Shown here: positions 53,901 through 64,000 of the stretch, piece by piece
Layout of the letters: the number at the start of each line of letters is the position of its first letter
Position numbering within the stretch: the first letter of the stretch is position 1
Assembly (NCBI RefSeq): GCF_006345805.1
Contig: NC_043007.1
Span: 15,500,001-15,564,000 of the forward strand
DNA length: 64,000 nt
Origin: Octopus sinensis
Lineage: Eukaryota
Direction of reading: 5' to 3'
Program-made: the position numbers and the translations under genes
The notes under the pieces: model-generated
What the model saw: only the letters and a program-made list of their open reading frames with translations
The model's database searches: none
Told to the model about the DNA's origin: nothing

Positions 53901-54482
53901 GGCGGCGAGCTGGCAGAAACGTTTGCCCGCCGGGTGAAATGCTTAGCAGCATTTCGTCTGCCGTTACGTTCTGAGTTCAAATTCTGTCGAGGTCGGCTTT
54001 GCCTTTCATCCTTTCGGGGTCGATAAATTAAGGACCAGTTACGCACTGGGGTCGATATAATCGACTTAATCCGTTTGTCTGTCTTTGTTTGACTTCTCTG
54101 TGTTTAGCCCCTTGTGGGTAGTAAAGAGATAAGTATTTCGTCTGCCGTTACGTTCTGAGTTCAAATTCTGCCGAGGTCGGCTTTGCCTTTCATCCTTTCG
54201 GGGTCGATAAATTAAGGACCAGTTACGCACTGGGGTCGATATAATCGACTTAATCCGTTTGTCTGTCCTTGTTTGTCTTCTCTGTGTTTAGCCCCTTGTG
54301 GGTAGTAAAGAAATAGGTATTTCGTCTGCCGTTACGTTCTGAGTTCAAATTCTGCCGAGGTCGACTTTGGCTTTCATCCTTTCGGGGGTCGGTAAATTAA
54401 GTATCAGTCGCGTACTGGTGTTCATCTAATCGACATAATCCCCTCCCTCAAAATTTCGGGTGTCGTGCCCGGAGTAGAAAAG
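53901..54482 (+). mobile_element. SINE family A trimer ending in the alternative tail, 15-bp TSD
   Basis: ATTATTGTGGTTGAG at 53882-53896 and 54483-54497. Confidence 0.92.
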
Positions 54483-54852
54483 ATTATTGTGGTTGAGTGA
54501 TATGTTTTTAATTCGCCTGTAAATCGATCTCGCTGATTTCAAATCCCTGACTTTGCCTAACATTGTTCGAGGGTTAAAGAACTAAATTCCAATCAAACGC
54601 GAGGTTTATAAAATCCAGTGTTATACCTTTTTGTCTCTATCAGAAATCGATATCATTTTGAAACTTATATCAACATATTTTCATTGCATACTGTGTTCGT
54701 TTTAGTTCCTCGCTAACTAATTTCAGAATATCAATGCTGTATTTTTCTCCTTGATGTCATTATTTATTACCTTGGAAGGTAGAATGACAGAAATAATAGA
54801 TCGCCCGATAAACTCGCTATCTAGCAATATTAAATTGTAGCAATCAACAATC

Positions 54853-55018
54853 TATTTCTTTATTGCCCACAGGGGGCTAAACATAGAGGGGACAAACAAG
54901 GACAGACAAAGGGATTAAGTCAATTACATCGACCCCAGTGCGTAACTGGTACTTATTTAATCGACCCCGAAAGGATGAAAGGCAAAGTCGACCTCGGCGG
55001 AATTTGAACTCAGAACGT
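54853..55018 (-). mobile_element. SINE family A body unit without head
   Basis: Consensus match. Confidence 0.88.
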
Positions 55019-56259
55019 AGATCAATATGCGTTCCTCTTGCGTTTGTATGAACTTCACGTTCCATTTTACATTTCATATATGTACCAGAATTTAAATTTA
55101 TCTAAAAACTCGTTCTTTTTCGTTGTCAAATATGAAACCGTACAAGAAATAGTTGTTAAATGATATCCTGTTAGACGAAGTAAACATTTTTAAGTAGAGG
55201 TATTTGTACAAAAAGTGATATAGTTTTAGTTGAAATGTAAAGTGATCATTCATTTGTTTGGATACAAGTAATTCAACATGCTACAGATCAGCTGGTTGTC
55301 GGTAAATATACTAGATCATTCATTGTTGTTACTAGTTACTGATTCAATTCTCATGTAAATCTTTGATATCCACAACATATCGAAAGATGAGTTAGTGGAG
55401 TTAACTGAAGCTAAACACAGCGTAGAACATATAGACATTGTTCAGTTAAGTGAAGAGTAGAAATAGATATCTTGCCATAGGCTGACAGCAGAAAACGGTT
55501 GTTGTCACATGTTACAAATCAATAAGCTTGAGAAAGCAGTGTTTTGTCTATTGATATTGATTTCTGAAACAACGAATGCTGTTGTAGTAGTGGTGGATTT
55601 GTAGACGATCGATAAAATCGAATCTCGTACAGGTGTAGTGCATATTCTATCGAACCCAGACTAACAGAAAATCAGAGAGCGCAAAGCTCCGCCAATGTTT
55701 CTTTATTTTGGTGCTACGGCCACAATACAGAGGGAACACTACAAAAATCTAATCCGCAACGTGCCAGTCACGAGGCCAATCATCACAATTCTTGTATTTT
55801 ATTTTATTGACCCTTGGAGACCGAGAGTGAGGTTGGCATTTGGTGAAATTAAAAATTGGAACGAAAAAGCCAGAAAATTACGGATTCTTCTAGTCCACTA
55901 CTCACTCGAGAATTTCATGTTGAATCTCAGTAGAGTCGTAATCTCACGCATTATGAATGAATCTAGATAACACACCATCTACATGGAGGAAAAACATCCC
56001 AGTTAAACGCGCGTTAAGTACTGAATCCAGTGAGCCTGCAAAAGCTAATGAACACTTCTTTTTAGCAAAAGTGAAATAAACATTATTAGTCAGATGACCG
56101 AGGTTATCTAAATTATTTCAACAAGTACTGCAGAAAAATCCGGATATGCTACGATCCTATTATTATCTCACCCACCTAATTGCCGAGGTAGTGATAAACA
56201 ACACAATTAATGAACGTACTACAAGTCTGTGCACTTCTTGGGATTTAGAATTAAGAGAA

Positions 56260-56563
56260 CAATTGCAGCGTGGAAGGTGTTTATAAGCCATTTAAGAAAC
56301 ACACAAAAACCGTTAGATTCACTTCAACATTTAAATTTAATTTGTCAAAATATTTTCGTCGCTTTGAGACCGCGACCTGTTCACTGACTAAACTTCGTGC
56401 TGTGAACAGGTCGCGGTCCCAAAGCGACGAAAATATGTTGAAGCGAATCTAACGGTTTTTGTGTGGTTCTTAAATGGCTTATAAACACCTTCCACGCTGC
56501 AATTGATTTCGTTCCGGCACACGATCTCAGATCAAGTCACTCGCTATGCAAGTACATCTCCGT
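56260..56563. mobile_element. Fold-back PLE-like element with 11-bp TSD
   Basis: Inverted arms 56260-56505; TSD AATTAAGAGAA at 56249-56259 and 56564-56574; homologous to 30364-30508. Confidence 0.8.
56344..56388 (-). ncRNA. Hammerhead motif with G3:C8 core variant
   Basis: GTCA-GTGAACA-G-GTCGC(GGTCTCAAA)GCGAC-GAAA-ATAT-TT-TGAC. Confidence 0.65.
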
Positions 56564-56623
56564 AATTAAGAGAATTATATGGAATTCAATTTCAACTTTC
56601 TCTTCTGCAATGACATTTATCAC

Positions 56624-56665
<42 letters not shown>

Positions 56666-57065
56666 TACCTGTATATATGTACATGAATATAATTACTAGT
56701 ATATCCACAACGAATGTGTGTGTGTGTGTGTGTGTCTGTCTGTATGCATGTATGTGTATAATATATTTCGTTAATGCATCCTAAATAATATGTGCGGGCT
56801 AGATCGATTGATGTGAACAAGCCTTTATATCCCTACAAAAAATCGATATTAGTTACCATCTTCCACGAGTAGATGACTGAACCGAATTGAGAGTACACCA
56901 AATAGAATTCCTCATGGTAATTAGTTGCAGCTTTATATATTCAGAAATAAAATCCCTCTTAGTCGATTTAGCCTTTCATACCATCAGAATTTATAAAAGA
57001 TGTGTTAATCAAATACTCGAGTAGATATAATGGATTCTTCTTGGCCTATTATTAGCACCGAAGAA

Positions 57066-57270
57066 GGCGGCGATGGTAGAGTCCTTAACACGTCGGGCAA
57101 ATGCTAAGAAACATTTCTTCCGGCTCTTAACATTCTGTGCTGAAATCCCGCTGAGTTCAACTTTGCCTTTCATCCTTTCAGGGTCTATAAAGTAAAGTAC
57201 CAGCGACGTACAGGGTCGATAAAATCGATTCACCCCATTCCAAAACTCACTGATCTATTGCCAAAATTCA
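57066..57270 (+). mobile_element. SINE family A, older copy
   Basis: Diverged head and central domain. Confidence 0.75.
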
Positions 57271-57394
57271 AAGAATTGTTAAGCACTGAGACGCTTTCTG
57301 TTGCGTACATCAGTTGCGAATTCTTCTTAAAACTTGCCCTAAATCTTCGTAATTACTACATTGGCAAAAAAATACGAGAATCTTTTATCGTTTA

Positions 57395-57786
57395 CGTGTT
57401 TTTACCATTTGACTACGGCCATGCTGTGGCATCACCTGGGAGGGCATCATCGGACAAATCGAACTCAGTACCTATAATTTAAGTCTGGGACTTATTCTAA
57501 CGGCCTCTTTTGCCGAACTGCCAGGTTACGGGGTTTCGCAAACCAGCCAATACCGGTTGTGAAGCAGCGGTGGAAACAAGGACAATGGTACACATACACA
57601 CACACACACACACACAAATATACGTATATATGTACGACGGACTTCCACACAATTTCTGTCTACTATATTCACAAACCATTACTCGACCCGGGGTTGTAGT
57701 TGAGGACACTTACCCAAAGTGCCACGCAGTGAGATAGAACCTGAAACTACGTGGTTATAAAGCGACCTTCTTAATCACACGGCCAT
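57395..57786 (-). mobile_element. SINE family D, diverged
   Basis: Tail, internal CA tract and head recognisable. Confidence 0.78.
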
Positions 57787-57956
57787 GAAGGCAACTTTTG
57801 ATATTTTCCTTTTTTACTGACGTAAAAGTTAACAATAGACCGGAAATTAAAGATGCCATCGTCTATTTACAAAGCATAATTATTTGCACAGTAAAAACGA
57901 TATTGACTACAATATGCATTTCAAAATCCCAAAGCTGGCGGAACTATTTAGATACC

Positions 57957-58036
57957 TGATACAACGAGAAATTTAAATAAAATGATACAACGAGGAATTT
58001 AAATAAAATGATGCAAGGAGATATTTAAATAAAATG
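57957..58036. repeat. 26-bp tandem repeat x3
   Basis: TGATACAACGAGAAATTTAAATAAAA units. Confidence 0.9.
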
Positions 58037-59142
58037 GAAATATTTCACTATATTTTCCATTATATAAATTACATTTCCGCAAATATAACCTGTGGCATAT
58101 TCTCATTACACATCTATGGTTTATATAGCTACGGTTTTACTTCTATATATCTGAATCTTTACAATATTCAGTAGTAAGTTTATTATCAGATAGGTTTATT
58201 ATCTAATCTTTTAGACATAGTTGTTGTTGTGCCATGTTCTTGTACAAATGCTGACATTATCGTCTTCGTTACTGCATTTCATTTCTTCCAGTCTCCTAAT
58301 TGCTTCTGTCTCTCATAGCACAATACTACTATTAGCAAACTGCTTTTCATTAAAGTTCCGCTATTTATTTCAATGTATTTGCGGCATCTAGCAATTTCGG
58401 TGTTGCGCTATAAGAACTACCTTAATTAAGAATCAGTAAAAACGATTGCGTTAATTGCGCCTAAGTGGATTGTATTTATTTATCAACTTATCTATTGATC
58501 TTTTGGCACGAACTGTACACATTTACGTACAATATTCTTAAATATTTGTTTGAAGTTCATAAAACAACCCATGAATACTCTACATAAGTGTACATCTTTA
58601 CATATGACTTAATACATGGTATTATATCAGCATTTAATGAGCGGGATGTTGAAAAAGATTCGTAGGTGTTTTTAAATCATTCACTTGCACGGTTTGTTTC
58701 GAGCCTTGATTGTTTTGATTGTATACATATATGTATGCATTCACAATATTGTATAATACTTCGTTAAAAGGATTCCTTACAAAGTGGCGCATCATCATCT
58801 GCATTCATAAGAATAGAAGTTTGGGGTGGGGAAATGACAATGTCAGTTTCGAAAGGATGTCGAAAGAACGTTATGAAAGGGAAAGCTGACTAGTAAAATA
58901 TCAAAAAAAAAATTCTAAGATGTTCGCCTTGATTATGCCTATAGACTTCTTTCTATAACGGCCGTTGTTTGAATGAAGAATGGTATAACATAGCTGCTAT
59001 GTGTTAGTCAGATCTGAACGGAGGCAATCAGCATGTGAGAAGAATGGATTTTATTTTATTACATTTTATTCTTGTCTAATAATCAATAATGTACTATTGC
59101 CTAATCTGTAGTGATTGTCATATCGATTTTTCGCAGCGAACA

Positions 59143-59184
<42 letters not shown>

Positions 59185-59335
59185 ATTAGAGGTACCTATA
59201 GTTGCTTCTTTACTTTTTGTTCATTCTGCGCCGCGTTTTCACTAAAATAGCATACGTGCACAGACAGGTACAAGCATGCACGCTTGCACATGTAATATAT
59301 TACATAACACGTAAAATATATTATATAAAAAGTAT

Positions 59336-59366
<31 letters not shown>

Positions 59367-60489
59367 TGCCTATATATTTATATGTACATAGATACGTGTA
59401 ATAAATATGTTTCATATATAAATGTGTGAAGACACATGAGAATCTGAAAAACCACAGGAACATACAAAAAAGAGATGATTGCGGTTACAATTCTAATTGA
59501 AAAATTTGATTTTTGTTCTTTTATATAAAAATGGATATTGGACATTCAAAACTATCTTCCGAAATTGCATTTGTGTAGGAGAACTGTTTCGTGCATTAAC
59601 TCCAGTTCATACCTTTTAGTAATTTTATTAATTTCAGAGAGCTGTAATACAATGGCAAAATTTGTATCTGTTACACTCAGAAGGTATGAATTGTATTTAC
59701 GTTCTGGAAAGAATTTAATCTTAAAATATACTGCCTCCACAATTCCACTGCATTTGATTAATGTACACGTACAACGCAAAAAGTCATTGGAGAGTGTGTA
59801 GCGTATAACTATAGATTTCTGCACATCTCTGTAACTTCGTGTTATGTCTCGGGATTATATGACTTACACAGAAACTCGTTAACGGTCGCACTTACTAAGT
59901 GTGTTTTGTTTATACGTTCATTTGAGGTGGGATGGCGTCCTGGAAATCTCCCTACACGACGTCGAGTGTAAAAGAACCCAAAATGTCTCAGACCATTCAG
60001 GACAACTCGCTTCAGGATGATCGAGAATGATAGATGTCGATATTTCGCCATTATTGTGGTCCATCTGTACCATGTACACAAAACACCTCGAAACGAAATG
60101 AATTGCCATTCTAAGACATATATGCAAATAATCTGAAGACTATATTCTTTCTACTGCAGAAATAAGGCCTGAAATTTGTGGGGAGAAAGCTTGTCGTTTA
60201 AATCCACCCCAGTTCTTTATTAGTATTCATTCTAAAGATCTCAAAGAGATGAAAAGCAAAGAAGGCCTCAGTGGAATGATAGCCCAGAACGTAAAGACGG
60301 GCGAAATACTAATAACTTTGTCCGGCTTACTAATGATTCTGCCAGATTGCCATCTAATACACGATTATATCAACAGTAGTAATCGCTTTTCACTGTTTAA
60401 TTTTTTCCCTGGAAAGACTTGCAAGTGAGGATAGAAGCATCCTTATAATGATGCCTATAATTTAACATAAATTATATTGGCCTCAAATC

Positions 60490-60690
60490 TTGGCACAAGC
60501 CCAGCAATTTTTGGGAGGAAGTAAATTGATTACGTTGGCCCAGTACCTGACTGGTACTTATTTTATCGACCCCGAAAGAATGAAAGGCAAAATCGACCTC
60601 ACTAGCATTTGAACTCAGAACGTAGATACAGAGGAAATACCGCTAAGAAATTTACCCGACGCGCTTACGATTCAGCCATCTCGCCACCTT
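60490..60690 (-). mobile_element. SINE family A, older copy (a further decayed copy lies at ~60165-60350)
   Basis: CTGGTACTTATTTTATCGACCCCGAAAGAATGAAAGGC..CTCGCCACC. Confidence 0.8.
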
Positions 60691-60987
60691 TTTAACACAT
60701 ATTATATTGACAAGAACTACGCCCAGAATTTGTTTAAAATATTGGCAGACTCCTTTGATACAATAAGCAATAAGCATTTGCAACAGAAAGAAAAAACAAT
60801 CTTGGTTTTGGGAACACGATATTAGAGCTCTACGAAAAGTAGTAATATCGATTAAATTTCTTTTGGAGTATTGCTGATAGTTTAGCCAAGGAATGAAAAT
60901 CGAAGTCAGTTTCTATAAATCAAAGCCTATATTCAAGACCGGTGTGGTATAGAGAACGAAGTTTGACACTCCACCAATTACGTTTAA

Positions 60988-61286
60988 TACATAAAGCGCG
61001 ACGGGCCACGATCGACAAGACACGATCGTGGCCCAGATAGATGCATTTAATGTATGGGCGTTTGTTAGGGGTCTAATGTCCCTAAAATGCTCCGATACGG
61101 ACCAGAGTGCAAGAGGACTGATAGTTCAATTAATGACTTTTCAGATGATGTAAAACTTTCCACCATTATATACTAAGAAGATATTTTAACTATTTTTTGC
61201 TTTTTATGTGTCTCATTTAGTCTCATTTTCATAAAATGTGCTCAGCAGTCCATGCTATGTAAGTGCAAATCCCAGCGCTTTATGGG
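60988..61286. mobile_element. piggyBac-like MITE
   Basis: TTAA on both sides (60984-60987, 61287-61290); TIR (TA/CC)CATAAAGCGC; subterminal 12-bp hairpin at 61003-61034. Confidence 0.55.
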
Positions 61287-62096
61287 TTAAAACATAGTAA
61301 GGATATCAATACTCTACTATAGTTAGTATATTTCATGTACAGTGTATTGCACAGTACTGCACATTCTTTAAATACTACACACATACATATTCTTTTGTTT
61401 TTCACACGTATACAGATACACACATATACATATGTATATATAGATACAATACCAGATTTTCCGATATACTTCGCCCCAGACTTCTGCAGGATTATGGATA
61501 TTCACGAACTAACAGCAGTTCACCAAATAATAATTTTGGATTATTTTATTATATTTCATTTTTTTCTGCCGACTCTTCACAGTACACGTTTGTTTGTTCC
61601 ACAAAGAAAATCTTAAAATGCTGAAAAAATTATCCTCCTTTGTATCTATAACATGTTTAAAATTAAATCTAGCTCTTAATCATTGGACCCCACCAGGCCC
61701 CTCTCGTAAAGGGCGTATATCTATTTACCTTTTCCTCCTTTATGGTGGAATGTTGTGTTCTGCTAAATGAAGCCAGTTATCTGTTAGGAATCTTGAAACG
61801 TTACTAGAGAGAATTTCCACATGCGGCTAGCTCATGGCGATAAAATTGCGTTTTAAACATCTGCGCCTTCATTTTGTTATAGACGAGGTGTTAAGAGCCT
61901 GTTTCTTCCTTTATAATGCGTATCTACTGAATAAAAGAAAATCGTTTCGTCACACGCTTTTCTTTATTTGCTAGAAACACGTTTCTGCCAATATTTAGGC
62001 ACCAGTCTTCTAGGAATATACATGTAACCCACCAATTTGTGCACTACTAATATTTCTAAAGCATTAAGGTTTAGTAGAAACTTTGATTAATAAAGT

Positions 62097-62290
62097 GAAG
62101 GCGCGTGAACAAATGGATAGGCGTTGACAGGAGATCATGGCTTCGATTGCCGGACCGGGCGGTGCATTGTATTCTTGATCAAAACATTTCACGTAGCTCC
62201 AGTCTATTTAGCTGTAAATATCTTCCAGCAATAACTGGGAAGTTAACCCTGCTGAGGACCAGCGACCCGTCCGGGGGTGGCGTGTGACTG
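62097..62290 (+). mobile_element. Decayed SINE family C
   Basis: GAAGGCGCGTG..TTCGATTGCCGGACCGGGCG..TTCACGTAGCTCCAGTC. Confidence 0.65.
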
Positions 62291-62639
62291 TAATCTCAGT
62301 CACTTATACACCTTAGAAATTAAACTGGAAAAGAACTGGTGAAGCTAGAACACTACACATTATTCTTGGCTATTTCTTCAGCAAATCATGAAATCGAAGT
62401 TGTTTTATGTGTTTTGACGTTTCTTCGATTAGTTTTTTCTCAAACCAAATGACAATTTACTAATATTTGTTCTAAAATTAAGTCATGGTTCTAGTCCTTT
62501 GATTAGATCCCATGTCAACTTTACTTCAACGATCATGTATTGCTTAGTTTCAAGCTCATTTTTACAGCTGGATTCCTCAAAATTTCATTGAGATTCTTCT
62601 TTTATTTCAGGTTCCACAAACCTTATATATATGATGGTT

Positions 62640-62828
62640 TCAAAATTTGGTCGGTAGGTTTTGATGGGGAGAGACAAGTCGATTACATCAACCCCATTAC
62701 TTCACTGGTACTCATTTTATCAACAGCGAAAGGATGAAAGGCAAAGTCGACCTCGGCGGAATTAGGGAGATGAAATGCTGCTAAGCATTTTGACCGGCGA
62801 GCTAACGGGTCTGCCGACTCGCAGGCTT
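62640..62828 (-). mobile_element. SINE family A, older copy
   Basis: AGGATGAAAGGCAAAGTCGACCTCGGCGGAATT. Confidence 0.78.
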
Positions 62829-62854
62829 TCAAAACCATAAGTATATGGTATGGC

Positions 62855-63069
62855 CTCTTTTACTTGTTTTAGTCATTTGACTGTGGCCATGCTGGAGCAC
62901 CGCCTTTAATTGAGCAGATCGACCCCAGGACTTATTCTTTGTGAGCTTAGTACTTATTCTATCGGTGTCTTTTGCCGAACCGCTAAGTTACAGGGACGTG
63001 AACACACAAGCATTGGTTGTCAAGCGATGTTGGCGGGGACAAACACAGACACACAAACATTCACACAAG

Positions 63070-63120
<51 letters not shown>

Positions 63121-63277
63121 CATATATACGACGGGCTTCTTTCAGTTTCCGTCCACTAAATCCACTTACAAGTCCTTAGTCGGCCCGAGGCTATAGTAGA
63201 AGACACTTGCCCAAGGTGCCACGCAGTGGGACTGAAGCCGGAACCATGTGGTTGGTAAGCAAGCTACTTACCACACA
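62855..63277 (-). mobile_element. SINE family D, nearly full length
   Basis: Reverse complement of the 41236 copy. Confidence 0.92.
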
Positions 63278-64000
63278 TTATATACATACCCCTGTATATG
63301 ATATGGCCTGTATATAATGCAAAAATCGGTGCAGTGTTGTGCAACATTTCTTTCTCAACATTGATTCACTCAATCAGATTTCATTCACTGGGCGTATTTT
63401 AGCAGTAGCTTCAGTAACCCTGTTGCATGCAAAGTAACTCAAGAACAACCATTTCTTCTTTTAATACATGAAATCCTGTGAAGTGACTTCAAAGATGTTC
63501 AAAAGCAGCACTTTCAAACTTCAAACTGCAATTTACAGTATCACTTCTTTAATGTTGAATATTTTAATTTCCCCCAATCAACAAATCAAAACACGTCATT
63601 TATATTAGATTCTGTAATAAAGATTTTGAAAGGTTTGCCTGAACTAATGACATCCAACATGCACTTCATGAAAAGTAAGCGATGTTTAGCCGTCAGAGAG
63701 TGTAGTAATTCTTGGTCTTTAGTTGGATTGAATAAGAGAGGAATTTTCGGGCGGTCTGTAGGTGTGATCGTGTATAGATAATCGTCTGAAAAGACGATGT
63801 CTTCTACAAAATATTATACCACACACGAACCAAAGAGGAAATACCAACATAATCTCCGAACCTGCTGAAACTTGCAGTTAAATTTCTCCAAAACTGAAAC
63901 CTAGTTTCAAACTGCAAGTCTAGTGCAATAATTAAACAATTAAAAGCGAATCCTATTTCAGACGGAAGGCCATGGCAATGCTGATGTTTTGCGCTTTTAT

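Noticed and set aside
63596-64000. Minus-strand open frames (e.g. DDYLYTITPTDRPKIPLLFNPTKDQ..) as a terminal exon
   Set aside because: Several overlapping frames are similarly open, no recognisable homology, and it is cut by the window edge; needs RNA-seq.

Overview
AT-rich, repeat-dominated eukaryotic genomic DNA with no intact protein-coding gene that I can identify. Almost all ORFs in the supplied track are microsatellite or SINE read-through. The SINE families and microsatellite load look like octopus (coleoid cephalopod) intronic or intergenic DNA; this is recognition from memory and was not checked by search. The window holds about five tRNA-derived SINE families (many with target-site duplications, TSDs), decayed LINE fragments (two RTE-like, one R4/Dong-like), two complementary fragments of a DD36E Tc1-type transposon, hAT- and piggyBac-like MITEs, mini/microsatellites and a 100-N gap. 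The most notable signal is a set of short non-coding elements, mostly in (TA)n/(CATA)n tracts, carrying minimal type I hammerhead ribozyme motifs of the Penelope-like-element (PLE) kind. There are about 10 intact or decayed motifs from several families, including a G3:C8 compensated-core variant and variants with a long stem II. Several of these elements are locally formed fold-back palindromes. Other notable items are a 127-bp TSD, head-once/body-repeated SINE multimers, and a 1.1-kb tail-to-tail SINE inverted repeat inside one apparent TSD. A chain of phase-compatible minus-strand exon candidates is weak and unverified.
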